A stretch of DNA of 64,000 nucleotides, counting the filler, from Basidiobolus ranarum (lineage: Eukaryota), in assembly GCA_040143965.1 (NCBI GenBank). It is 12 parts of 12 records of this genome, joined end to end, with 100 filler letters (N's around TTAATTAATTAA, not from the genome) between each part and the next. Parts side by side here need not be neighbours in the genome. Positions count along the whole stretch, not along the records: positions 1 to 5,282 come from JASJQH010001648.1; positions 5,383 to 10,662 come from JASJQH010001649.1; positions 10,763 to 16,040 come from JASJQH010001650.1; 9 more parts are not named here. One strand, 5' to 3'. A program made the position numbers and the translations under genes. This document shows positions 1 to 11,981 of this stretch, one piece after another (position 1 is the first letter of the stretch; every line of letters begins with the position of its first letter). The notes below the pieces were generated by a model, which saw only the letters and a program-made list of their open reading frames with translations, ran no database searches and was not told the origin of the DNA.

Positions 1-700
1 ACGAATGCAACCCATTAAACTGCATCACTAGATGGATCAGAACTCAGACTACCAGTTACACGAAATCAACTAAAGTTAATCAGGACTGGTGGGAACAACT
101 CAAGCTGGTGAGTTTGTTTTTCACTTGTGCTCAAGATTCAGAGGGGGGTGGATGCGGTGGGGCAGCATTGCTAACCACTGAGGGGTTGACTTATATCCAC
201 TCCAAGCTCATCTCTTTACTATTGCACAATTTCATTTTTATTATCAATATTTGACTTGCACATATTTTCTAGCCAATCATATCACATAATTAGTATTATC
301 CCCAATTATTTGAGATTTATCAGTATCAGCCCACATTAGCCCTATTGTTTGCCGGAAAATTCTACAATCTTCCCAAACATTCCACAAGATTCTTGGAATA
401 TTTGATGATTGATTGAATTTTGACCAATCTAAACTTGATTTGCCAGAACATTTCATGGCTTTCTGGATTACTCTACAATCTTCCAGAACATTCAATGGAG
501 TACTAATCTCATCATTCACAATGATATCATAACCCCAGATCCCACCAATAGAATTCTCTGTAACTTTCCAGAAATTGTCATTAGTCATCATTTCTATCTT
601 TGGAAAAGTATAAAGAGGAGACATACCTTTTCAAATAAAAATCATCCTGGTTTTCAACTATAAATTACTAATTGTGATCACCTCTTATTTTCATCACTGC
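1..700 (+). mobile_element. Possible 3' end of a Ty3/Gypsy element (integrase tail, PPT, start of LTR)
   Basis: Degenerate 'ASLDGSELRLPVTRNQLKL' resembles a Gypsy integrase C-terminal tail. It is followed by the purine tract AGAGGGGGGTGGA and then TG at ~153. Right boundary uncertain. Confidence 0.35.
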
Positions 701-1245
701 TTACAAGACCTCTAAAGAGGAAGCTCAGGAAAGACTACTAGAAACAGTTACAGGCTGCTGTGGTACTAGAAAGGACTTGACCAGCTCAAAGGAAGTACTG
801 ACAGGTAGGTGTTATATTTCTGATAGTTTGTATTTTTCCCTTGCTTTGTCGGCATAGGCAAGGAACTTTTTATATCCTTGGATAAATCACTACTAGTGCA
901 TCCTTGTTTAAGACCCTGCAAGCTGAGTTTACAGTTGTTTTTGATCGGATATACCCTTTTTATCAGATCATTCTCAAATGATGTTGAAGCCAGTATATTC
1001 TTTTGTCAGATGCCAGCATCATATTCAACAGAAAGCTGGCCATTGCATTGTGGTTTATCAGGCCTTAGATACTTCTAGAGGCTTGATTCTCTTTTGCAAA
1101 GACCCAAGAGGCAAGAGATGACTCATATGATAGTACATCCCAGAGTTATTCAACCATGATTATTGCACCCTTCCAATACCTCACAAAACCCTTAGGATAT
1201 TGCAGTTATAGTTGCTACTTTCACCCTAAATCAACTACTGAAAAC

Positions 1246-2201
1246 CTGTGGTGAAATGATGCTTTGTGTGAAATTGTCAGTGTTACCGTGTGCTAATCTG
1301 ATTAACAATTTATAAGCAAAATCAGTAATGGATGTAAGGCAATGGGTTAAGGAGGCTCCAGAGTAGATTAACCTTCCAACAAAGGGCTCTTTTCCATGTT
1401 CTCATTGGTTTTTGCACTGTTTAAGCATAATAACAGCAACAAAACAAAATCAATGGATGCAGAGTAAGTACCTCCATAAATTGGACTAATTTGTTTATGT
1501 GCTGATCTGATGGTATTTTGAGCAAAGCTGCAAGACAGACTTCTTGGTGAGATAGACCAAGATATGCAGCATTATTGTTTAAGCCCTATGGTAATCTATC
1601 CAAGCAGTGACAAATCTCCTTGTGGCAGGACATTTGTTGACTGCAAGTTGGGATATTTTGCTTGAATTCTTTAATGGAAATATGCCAAAATCCAAGAGCT
1701 TATTCTATTTTGAATGGTAACAAGAGTCAGTGCTGTTTAAAATATCCGTTTTTTAGCAATTTTTCCACTATTAATTTGCTGGTTAAGCATATTGAAGTTG
1801 TTGCGTTGTCTCTGATCAGTCAAATATGTGCATATGTAGAGATCAAAAACAACAAGATTCTTGTATTTTTTGATTCTCATTATGGCTGAAATACCAAGCC
1901 TAAAGTATCTAAATAAAGGCATGCATATTAATTTGAAGACCTGCAGTAGTAAACCTTGAGATATGCCATTCAAAAATTAAGTATTTGCAAAAATAACCAG
2001 AAATTAAATAATGCATGCCAAATATGATGTTCATATTATAACATGTACAAATACCATCAAAATACCATCAACAATCTACCATGACACCATCAAAATACCT
2101 GACTGAATGTCAGCTACCAAGTTTGAGATGGCTCACTGGTTGTATTGCAATCCAGTAGGGTTGATCCAATCTGCATCAAATTGAGTTTGTATTGGTTAGG
2201 G
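1246..2201 (+). mobile_element. Degenerate CMC/CACTA (EnSpm-like) transposon, 3' part with terminus
   Basis: Alignable by eye along its length to 43313-44287. Both copies end at ...GTTAGGG (CCCTAAC on the reverse strand). Confidence 0.8.
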
Positions 2202-2797
2202 TCCACTATACAGTTTGGAAGGTATTTACATGCCACAAGCCATCTCAAGTAATGCTGAAGCATTATTCTATTTATTTGATGCCTCCCTTTCCAGCAATAG
2301 TGCCAGTGAATAGATTGTAATCCCCAAAGCATGTATTATATCAATAGTTGAGAAGAGTTCAACAGAAAGACCATGAAGACCATCAACTTCCAAAATGCCT
2401 TCTTTGCAAACCATTGTAAACCTCTCCATAAAAAATTTGGATGGAAATATTACAAGGGAATTTTGGGCAGAACACCATAATGATTTGTATACAATCAAAA
2501 GTACATACTACAAGGTTGCTATAAAGGCCATGACAAGCAATAATACCACAATATTGCAAATTTATGCAGCATTCTGGGGCAACTAGTCAACAGATAGAGA
2601 GTCACTCATCAACAACAGAAGATCTTTAGAATGCTATACTTCAGCTTCAGCAACATGCTGCTCTCTCTGTCCATTCTCATATGGGGTATCAATCAATCTC
2701 ACACCATACTTATGAATGTCCCTGAAACAATCTGGCAGAGCAGATTATGCATTGGAATATTTAGCTATGAAACCACAAAACACCCACATCAATGTCA

Positions 2798-3078
2798 CAT
2801 TTTAAGGATGTATAAATATAGTAAAAGTGTGTGAGGAGTCTTTTCAGCAGTATGAAGGGAAAAACACAGCATAAGTATGCCCAAGGTGGCTTCAGAAGAA
2901 GAGCATTTGACTTGACATTCTGTCAGGTGTTCACTGTATTTTAAGGATGTACAAAAATAGTCAAAGTGCTTGAGGAGTATTTTCAAAAGTATGAAGGGAA
3001 AAACAAAGTGTAGGTATGCAGAAAGGGGCTTCAGAAGAAGAACTTTCAACTTGACATTCAGTCTGGTGTTGACTGTGC
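2798..3078. repeat. Imperfect ~140-bp tandem duplication
   Basis: ATTTTAAGGATGTA...AGTATGAAGGGAAAAACA...GGCTTCAGAAGAAGA...CTTGACATTC occurs at ~2798 and again at ~2938. Confidence 0.8.
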
Positions 3079-3899
3079 AGATATCTGGGAAGAACCTAAT
3101 ACAGAGTGGCACAATATTGTGTGATATTTGCCAGATAGCTGGAAGAGTGTTGATTCAGCAATGTGAATACAATGGTGGACTATCATAGAGAAATTGATAC
3201 AAACTCATGTTGTATATGATCTAAACCTTGGGTATGAAGAACTCTATAAAAATATTCAGGAGTATATACATTAAAACTACAGATTTCAAAGGTGATAAAT
3301 TAGCATTTAAGTAGAAAGTGTGTAAAACTTGAGTTACATTTTTTGCACTTGTGTGGATCCACAGTTTTCTGAGATTGTGGCTAATCATATACAACTATTT
3401 TGTGAGAGCTTGAAATTTCACTCATGAAACTAAAAAGACTGATTAATATCAAATTGAACTTGATGATATTGTGATGGCAAGTAAACTGTCAATCTAAGAT
3501 GGATTAAAATGGTGATGTTTTTGTCATAATAACAATCCACAAGTTTCCTTTAGGGTAATATTAGTGTTTTGATATGCATTTCAATGTTAAGCCACCCACT
3601 TATAGCTTGTATACTCAGCAACCAATTGAGAGCTTTTAATCTTTTATAGCCATAGAATATACTTCACTCTTTAATAGATTTTTGGTTAAACATGAAGAAC
3701 AATATCTTTTCTTCAAACTTCTAGTTAGAGAAACCACCAGAGTTATATCTACCAATGAGAACACATATCATCATGCTTTAGCATTGGCTTGGGATGGTTT
3801 CTCACTAAAATAATGTACTAATGGAAAGGCTTGCTGGCTAATAGTTTTGATTTACTCAAAGCTCCCTCCTTTTGAACAGTTGGAGTCATAATATTTAAT

Positions 3900-4905
3900 A
3901 ATATCCATCAGATTGGGACCTTAATCACCAGTGCTTATAGATAGCTTCTTGGAGCCTCTGATTGCAGAATTTGAATGGTTATTTAATGGGTTGCAGATGA
4001 TGAGCATTTTTCTAATACTAATATCATTATTTGGATTGGTGAAACTCCTGCCAACAGTAATCTTATAGATTCTTGTGGGCATACAGCACCATCTTCCTAT
4101 AGATTCTGTCAGATCAATGGAGCTTACTTTACCAGGCATGCACATTGCTACTATCCAAATACAACACTAAACTACCTGATCTTACCAGCAAGAGCCCTGT
4201 CAAATTTCAACATGCCTACTGATATCAATCTACCAAATGGTTGGTGAAATATCAGACTCTGGATGAGCCTTAACCCTAAGATTATATTGCTGCAGATAAT
4301 CAGCTGGAGCAAGAGCTTCTCATCAGGCACTATGCACTTACTATTAAAAAATATTCCAGTACTACTTGCTCAGCTCTATAGTAAAGATTATACCTGAATG
4401 AGCTATATGAGATAAGATAAAAGTTAGATTCAATTGGGAAAGTGCTGGAAAACTTCAAGGAACCATAATTTGTACCTGGACCCCATATCAGTATCCCTCT
4501 TCTAGATATTTTTATAAATGCAAAGACTGCAAATAATTGATTCGTTTATGTTGAAGTGGAATCTTGAAGAGGTCTTGACCTTATAAGTACTAGCATTATC
4601 AAGAGTTGCTGTTATATTGTATTATTATAATTTTATGACATCAACTCATATTGGTGGATCTTAGGCAGATGCAGCAACTGTGCAAAGATTTTGTAATTGA
4701 ATATGAAAACCTTCATTAGATTTTTAGAAAATTGACTAAATTTATGCTGGTATTCAATACATTGGCTGTTGCATCTTTCACAATGCTTCAAGATTATAGG
4801 TGCTTGCTATACATTCCGGGATTTCACATTGGAGTGTACCTGGGGTGAAAAGATGCTCCATATAAAATTGTCATTTTTACTCTATGCTAACCTGATTAAC
4901 AATGA
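3900..4905 (+). mobile_element. Degenerate CMC/CACTA transposase remnant
   Basis: Fragments CGHTAPSSYRFCQING (Gh..C..C motif) and TMHLLLKNIP (D.MH motif). 4660-4900 is homologous to the DUF4218-like region at 43130-43380. Confidence 0.65.
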
Positions 4906-5282
4906 ATTGTTGAAGTGTATTGTCTTTATCATATTTGTTATCTCTATTCTGATACACCTAACTTCATATATCACATATAAGTTAGTTAACATTACTCATT
5001 GAAATATTGCTTAACTGAAAATTTGGACATATATATTATATATATTTGTGAATAATGGGAGAATTAGCAATTCCGTATTGTAAATTTCAAACTTGTCCAA
5101 ATTGCCCCAAAAATAGCTTGTTTTACTCCCACAGATGTTCTGAACACAACTGCAGTGTTATTTTTTCTGTATTTCCACCAAAATGTACCCTAACAGAAAT
5201 TTGAGGATTGTTATCGTAGGAAAACCGTCACAATTTTAATCCATTTGGGGTTGACCATTTACTTACGGTCATAAAATCATCA

Positions 5283-5382
5283 NNNNNNNNNNNNNNNNNN
5301 NNNNNNNNNNNNNNNNNNNNNNNNNNTTAATTAATTAANNNNNNNNNNNNNNNNNNNNNNNNNNNNNNNNNNNNNNNNNNNN
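5283..5382. other. Artificial contig linker N44-TTAATTAATTAA-N44. Identical linkers at 10663-10762, 16041-16140, 21414-21513, 26782-26881, 32145-32244, 37501-37600, 42851-42950, 48194-48293, 53531-53630, 58867-58966
   Basis: Identical 100-nt spacer with stop codons in all six frames. Contig lengths fall monotonically (5280, 5278, 5273, 5268, 5263, 5256, 5250, 5243, 5237, 5236) and genes are cut at the junctions. Confidence 0.98.
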
Positions 5383-6522
5383 GGCCATCGTTCCAAGGGC
5401 GAGGTTAGATACGATGCTGGCCTTACAGAAGAGCAGTGGCTGGCTGCCATAGAGAACGATGATGTGGACTTGGCGGAGTTAGTCACAGAGAAACGAAAAC
5501 GTCGCCAAAGCAAAGATGACGATGGAGAGGATACAGATGGCTCGGAAGCCAAGCCTCGCAGACGTGGTAGACCCAAGAGATTCGACCAGTATGATGATGA
5601 TGCTAGTAGTAATGATCCAATTAAGCGGAGCAGACAGAAAACGAAGACGTTTGATGACGATTCAACAAGAAAAAAGAGGAAAGCTAAGGATCCATATGGG
5701 CCGGATCCACTTGCCCCACACGTTCGTGAAGCTATGACTCGCTTATTCCAACAATTATATGATACAGTGGAGAATTGTATCGACCCGGAAGAAGATGATC
5801 GCCAACGTTGCCTATTGTTCCTTGAATTGCCGAGCAAAAAGATCTATCCACAGTATTACATCATGATTCAGCAGCCTATTGCTATGAATATCATTAAGAA
5901 GCGAATGAAAACCTCGTTCTACAAAACAGTTCTTCAATTTCGCGAAGATTTTCATTTGATGTTCAACAACGCAAGGTACTTTAACGAGGAAGGTTCTTGG
6001 GTTTACATAGATGCAAATAAAATGCAGGAGGCCTTCGACAGTAAATTTCAAGAGTTATGCCCTAACGGATCTCTACCTGGCGTCCATGACAACAATGGTG
6101 CAGACACCCCAGACGGTGATAAAGATCTTCAACACGCTACTTCCAAGCCTTTACATGTGAACTATAGTGGATCGGAACATACAAGCGTAGCCAATAACTA
6201 CGATCCAAATCTGCTAAGACCTACATATCAAGGCCCACCAAATCCTCTCAAAGCTTCCGAGGATATATCCCCCCATTACCCGGTGTCCCAAGTTGCCAGC
6301 GTTCCCATCAATCCTGTTGGTATCCCGCAATCAGCACATCCCGAGAATGTACCCCCTTATACGAACTCGTATACCAATTCTGCTGCGAACTTTGATGTCC
6401 GCACCATGCCAAACGTCGATAAGAGCACTACCTCATACCGCAACAATCCAATAGCCAGTTCATCTGGCAACATGCCACCACTCTGGCGCATGATGGATGA
6501 TGATAATTACGACGAAGCCTAA
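5383..6522 (+). CDS. SNF2/STH1-family chromatin-remodelling ATPase, C-terminal part (SnAC end, AT-hook, bromodomain); 5' truncated by the contig edge
   Basis: Frame open from 5383: 'EVRYDAGLTEEQWLAAIE' (SnAC end), 'RRRGRPKR' (AT-hook), bromodomain 'FLELPSKKIYPQYYIMIQQPIAM...FHLMFNNARYFNEEGSWVYIDA'. Confidence 0.9.
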   Translation, partial: GHRSKGEVRYDAGLTEEQWLAAIENDDVDLAELVTEKRKRRQSKDDDGEDTDGSEAKPRRRGRPKRFDQYDDDASSNDPIKRSRQKTKTFDDDSTRKKRKAKDPYGPDPLAPHVREAMTRLFQQLYDTVENCIDPEEDDRQRCLLFLELPSKKIYPQYYIMIQQPIAMNIIKKRMKTSFYKTVLQFREDFHLMFNNARYFNEEGSWVYIDANKMQEAFDSKFQELCPNGSLPGVHDNNGADTPDGDKDLQHATSKPLHVNYSGSEHTSVANNYDPNLLRPTYQGPPNPLKASEDISPHYPVSQVASVPINPVGIPQSAHPENVPPYTNSYTNSAANFDVRTMPNVDKSTTSYRNNPIASSSGNMPPLWRMMDDDNYDEA

Positions 6523-7141
6523 GCACGATGGGAATTAATTTTGTTCAGCTTTATCGCCACCTAACCCCGTGTGGATTACCTCAAAATCATAGAATTTTTG
6601 GTCACCTTTCCTTTGTTGAGCAACTAATTTTCTGGTTCAACCTCTGTATTTATACTTTTATCTAACAATATCTCGTCCGTATCATAATGTGCTGAGTGTA
6701 CAAAAATGGCATCATTCAGATCTCCTTCGTAAAAGTAGCACAAATTTACTTCATAATAAATTCATACATATCGCATAAACCAAAATGTCTTTTATGATTG
6801 GTATCTTTGTAACTCCAACCCCTGCTGAATATAGTTCGAACTGTAATTCAACAGGATAAGGCATATAAACGGAAGAGATCTAACTTCTCGGCATTTGCAA
6901 GCAAGGCAAGAAACCATGAAACTTGGTGAGTAAAAAGGCACGAGAGTAGCCTCTTTTGCTAGCGTATGCCTGTAAAGTGAAGTGCATGGTTTATAATCTA
7001 TAAAGACTAAATTGGTTCGTTGAACCCTAGTCCTAGTTAGAATGAATGATGATATTAATCTGCTTTATTTGAAGTAAAGACGAAGCTTCAACATTAACTT
7101 ATATATATATATAACTCTTCTATAGGTTTAGTGCAATCGTT

Positions 7142-10100
7142 CTACACATCAATCATCTGTGTAACGATGGAATATGCAGGTTGATACTGAAATTGTTCTT
7201 GACCAAAGTTGCAAATCGACCGAGGAACATATCGAATATAAGGTAAAAGTAGGATTTGGTTGGGAACAGGTATACGAGCTGTAACAAAGAAGAAGAGTTA
7301 GAAATTCTGAAGTAGTAATGGTTCATTGAAAGTATAACTTACCCAAGAGATTCCCGTTGAGGGTAAAGAATACGGTTCTTTCTTCTGCAGAATATCCACA
7401 GCCTACATAATCGCCGTGAGTGATTGGGTTGTTGTCGTTGATTATTTCAAACGATAGGATATCGCTATGGACGGCCTGGTCTTCGTCTGAACGAGGCTCC
7501 ATTATGTCACGGGGTATGCTTCTGAAGAATGTTTCGTCAAGATGCGAGTGTTGGATAGTGGCAGTGCAGGATTCACGAGGACCCATAATCAACATATAAA
7601 TAGTGTCGTCTCGATCAATCATGCCAATTTGTGGGTACCTAAAAGAGTAGTTTAGTATTGATTTAGCAGGAGACACTTGACATAATACTCACAGTCCATC
7701 AATCAGTCCCCTCAATCCAAGGCAGACTTCAAAGTAAAAGGCGTCAACAAAATTCGGCTCTGGTAGATCAACATTTGGATGGATTCCTTTTAATCGTAGC
7801 ATTCGAGAGAAGGGTAAATCAAGATCTGCATCGGAGAACATCATCCCAGAGTTTTCTGCAAGTTCGTCGTCTAGTGTTAAGTGGGGCAGCTTGTCAGGAG
7901 TACAACTCTCATTCTCAGCTGCATTCTTTGAGGAGCTATAGTACTGGTCTGCTTGAGCTGAATTACCTGTTTGTTGATGGTTGCTTTCTTCATCTATGAG
8001 TGTTTGGTGATGAGTTGTGCTACTAGCATCACGGCTTTCAGAATGTATCTCATTGCTTTCCGTCAACTTGCAAACATCGTTGTCACTTGCACATTTTATC
8101 TTGGATTCAACTTCTGATTCACTTTCAGAAGGCGTGGAGGGTAAAGCTGACTGATCTTGAGTGGTCGGTGATGTTTCCTCGGATAAACTAATGAAATCTG
8201 GTTCTTCAGTTAAGTAAGATGCAGAAGAGAGCATTACTTGTCCCAGATACGATGGTATTGTGTCTGAAGTCGTATGGTTAGTTTCAAACAGTGAACTTGG
8301 CCTATTGTTCGAAACAGATACGACATTCATGGAGCCTAAACCAGGGCTAAGCGAAATATCCAGTTTTCCTTCTGTGTTGGTATTTGGATCGATTTTACCT
8401 ATCTCCAAGATAGAAGCGACCGGCTTGTAGCCTTTTGGCAGATATCTTAGAGGATCTAATTTCCCACCGAAGTAGGTTCTACATCCTTGGCCTGATGCAA
8501 GCGATAGGGCTGGGTACCATATCGTATCGGAGGAGACATTTGTAAATGCCACTCCGAGGCATAAGCCATTTCTGTAGTACTCGATGGTTCCGTGATCAAG
8601 GTCGATGCACGAAGTGATTATATCACCAGCACTCCATTTGTCTCCATATTGATTATTGACAGGGCATATTCCATGCCATTTCTTGCTTCTTTGACCATCA
8701 TATGAGTAGGAGTGAATATCGTCTCCCACCCCGGAGCCTCCCTCGGGGTCAAATCTACACAACTTTGAGGCCCACCCTAGTTGCACCAGACCATCAGTAT
8801 TTAGTTTGACTTCATAGGCATATCTTCCATTTCCTTGGACTCCTCTGGTTGCTCTGACACTTCCAAAGGTCCACAGTTCATTTCGTACTTCCAAGTTGTC
8901 TTTCAACATCATTAAATGCTTGGTTCTGTCAGCCCGCCTTAAGCCCAAGTATCGAGTTCTACCCACAGATTCACAGGCTGCGAGTGAGTAATTAGAGCAA
9001 TGACTAAGCAGCATTTGAGTGTAGAACACGATCGTTGACGTCTGTGTGGACGGTTTGAAAAGGCCGCGCCAAGCGTTAACTAAGATATTGGGTGATTTCA
9101 AGCATTTTTGAAGTTGGCTTTTGGATAGAATTATGGATATAGCGATGATGGAATTTTCAAGTGCTGGTCGACAAAGTTTTTGAACCAGCAAAGTGGTCTT
9201 CAAGAAATCATGCTCGATCAAATAATTCCTAACGATACTATACTTTGACAACGCTACCAATACATTTAGTGCGTAATTGCACAATGCCACCTTGGTGGTT
9301 TTAACGTCGATCTCCATATCATTGGTTTTCTTGACATCATCCCCATCTATGTCGAAAGACAGTCCGAAAACTCCTTCGGACTTGGGTGAAAAGTGAGGGG
9401 AATTCTGGGAGTCGGCAGTTACCGAAGATTCCTCTAGAAAGTATTCACGAACCATAAATGAAAGGTTGTTTCGAGCGTCGCCCTCCATTTCCCAAGGTTT
9501 ATACATGGGAGAATCCTGATTCCCAATCAACCTGGGCATTTGACTGTTGACTAAAGGTAGGGAAGTCTTATCTATTAGAATACGAAGCAGCTTAAGTAGC
9601 TCGCCTTCGAATAGCTCTCCGCTTTGAGGGTCTTTGTTTTGTGAGATGAAGTCCTCGAATGCACGATCGTATTCCACAAATATATGCAATGTCCGGATGA
9701 AATTTATGAACCGCTCTGCTAGTAGAGCAGAGGGAATGATTATTCTGGAATCAAACCCATCGGTGTTTCTTATCTCGTTCAACGTTATTCTACGTAGTTG
9801 TAGCGGCCGATCAGTCCGATGCTCATTGGAGATGAAGAGCTCTCTGTTCAGGTCGATCGGATAGAGGTCCGGCTCCAAGCTCAGAATGGTTTCCTCTCCC
9901 AAATCAATTGTGTGCTCAATCAAAGGCTCCACAATCATCGTGAAAATTCTTTGAAAAAAGCTGGTTTCTAATGGGAAGTCAGTTATATGCAATCAGGAAG
10001 GATGGAAGTGTTTGTGGAATTACCGTGGTTAGCCAGTATGACCAAGGTTTTGGCACATGTTCTCTGGATTTTTCCGTGATCTCCGTTTAAGATATGTAGC

Positions 10101-10662
10101 ATGAGTTGATTAGTGCACGGGGATTGAATGATCTTTTGGGTCATCGTATCTTGGAAAAAGCTGTTAGCCTGATATGAAGTTTCAATGGTTATGAACTTAA
10201 ACCTCACTGGACATGGACGCTAAATTGAAGAGAATCGCCGTAGCTGAGTATTGAAGATCGTAGTCGCTTGACCTGAGAAATTGATATATAACATCCAGTA
10301 ACTCTGGCTGGTTTACCAAGGCCTCGTGGTTCTTGACTATATCAAACAATGGATCAGAAGAGTGACCTGATGGGAATCAGACTATGCTTAGCAGTACCTG
10401 AAGAGCATAAGTAAGCCAGAATTTCCACCAAGTACAGTTGAACTATAGTATTGGTGGATGAGTCGAATTCCAGAAGCAACGGCAGCCCTCCAGCATCAAT
10501 GATCTCAGAATGGGCCTGCGCTAAATTCCAAGAATATCATGAGAACATTGTTCACTGCTGTGCGTGATATCCTGCTTACCATGGCTTGTCACCTCGTGTA
10601 ATAGAGCCAATGCCCTGTACTGAACATCCTCATCTTCACTCGTCAGACATGTTACATTCTTT
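7142..10662 (-). CDS. Armadillo-like repeat plus two SPRY domain protein (RSPRY1/RNF123-like SPRY); multi-exon, 5' truncated
   Basis: SPRY motifs 'FGSVRATRGV..GRYAYEV...GLVQLGWA...GVGDDIHSYSYDG...GDIITSCIDLD'. Second SPRY 'YFEVCL...GDYVGCGY...VFFTLNG...CNFGQEQFQY', stop at 7142-7144. N-terminal ARM-like 'IIDAGGLPLLL'. Several GT-AG introns. Confidence 0.8.
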
Positions 10663-10762
10663 NNNNNNNNNNNNNNNNNNNNNNNNNNNNNNNNNNNNNN
10701 NNNNNNTTAATTAATTAANNNNNNNNNNNNNNNNNNNNNNNNNNNNNNNNNNNNNNNNNNNN

Positions 10763-11981
10763 CTGATGTCTATATTGTGGTTATTTACTGTCAAGTTGGT
10801 AGATAGATACGGCTATCGTACATTTGAATTTATCGTCAGTGTGCTTATAATTGGCAGTCTCATCGCTGCCTCTTTCGCGAAAGAGGTAATGTATTATGCT
10901 TTACTTTTGGTCATGATGGAAGCTAATGCAGTTAGATAGGCATGGCATCTTTATCTAACCCAAGGCATACTGTATGGTGTAGGTGCATCATTATGTTTTT
11001 ATCCGGCTGTAAGTATACCCGCTCAATGGTTCAAGAAACGTCGTGGACTCGCAACTGGGATCGCTGTGGCTGGTACTGGAGTAGGTGGCTTGGCCTTAAG
11101 TCCATTGACCAGGAAACTGATAGATTCATTTGGAATACAATGGACACTGAGAATCATGGGAATCGGGTCATTCGTAATTCTGTTAGTAGCATGTGCGCTG
11201 CTACGTACTCGTTTACCACCACCACCTCGTGGAAAGTTCATCAACCTTCAATTGTTTAAAAATTCATATTTTCAGTTGATGGTTTCGGGTGGATTTATAC
11301 TTAGTCTTGGATACATGATCCCATTCTTTTACATCCCATGTCAGTAGAGTTTTTTTAATGAGTTTGCCTTATTTAAATCATGCATACTGAATGTTTCTGC
11401 TATGTAGCGTATGCTGTGAGCCAAGGTTTAAGCTCAAATCAAGGTGCTCTGATCATTGGAGTTGTGAATGGAATGTCCGCAATCGGTCGCATTGTACTTG
11501 GTTCAATTGCCGATAAAGCTGGTCGAGTGAATATGCTATTCGTTTGCATAGTCATTGGAGCCTTAGATATTCTGTTGTTCTGGAGCTTTGCGCATGAGTT
11601 TGGAACAATATTAGGCTTTGGTATGGTCTACGGGTTCTTCGCTGGCGGATACATTAGTTTAGTACCTGTTGTTACTGCTGAACTATTTGGTAGGTCGCTT
11701 AACTGATGAAAAAAGGTTGATTTTAATGTCCGTCATAATATTAACAACCCTATGATCCAGGTATTCAAGGTATTGCTACTACCACTGGTCTAGTTTATGC
11801 TTCATCAGGTGTGGGCTATCTAGTAGGTATCCCAGTAGCTGGACTAATTTTGGATTCCACAAGCCCAAGAACAACGTATACGGGAGTCATTCTATACTCA
11901 GGAATTACCATGCTTATAGGTGCACTACTGTTGCTTGTGTTGGGAATAAACAGATACCGTAGAGTTCGGAGAGAACTATAA
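10763..11981 (+). CDS. MFS monocarboxylate-transporter family (MCT/Mch-like) permease; 5' truncated, 3 introns
   Basis: 'WHLYLTQGILYGVGASLCFYPA...QWFKKRRGLATGIAVAGTGVGG', 'GRIVLGSIADKAGR', 'YGFFAGGYISLVPVVTAELFG'; stop TAA at 11979-11981. Confidence 0.9.

Noticed and set aside
277-624. 115-aa minus-strand ORF with repeated EDCR motif
   Set aside because: Lies in CpG-depleted repeat or LTR-like DNA; no recognisable domain.
5327-5338. Regularly spaced TTAATTAATTAA as a biological repeat or CRISPR-like array
   Set aside because: Always centred in identical N padding; it is an assembly linker.
5331-5837. Antisense and alternate-frame ORFs over real genes (also 9634-9864, 26968-27228, 37700-37981, 59515-59820)
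   Set aside because: Shadow ORFs of well-supported coding sequences.
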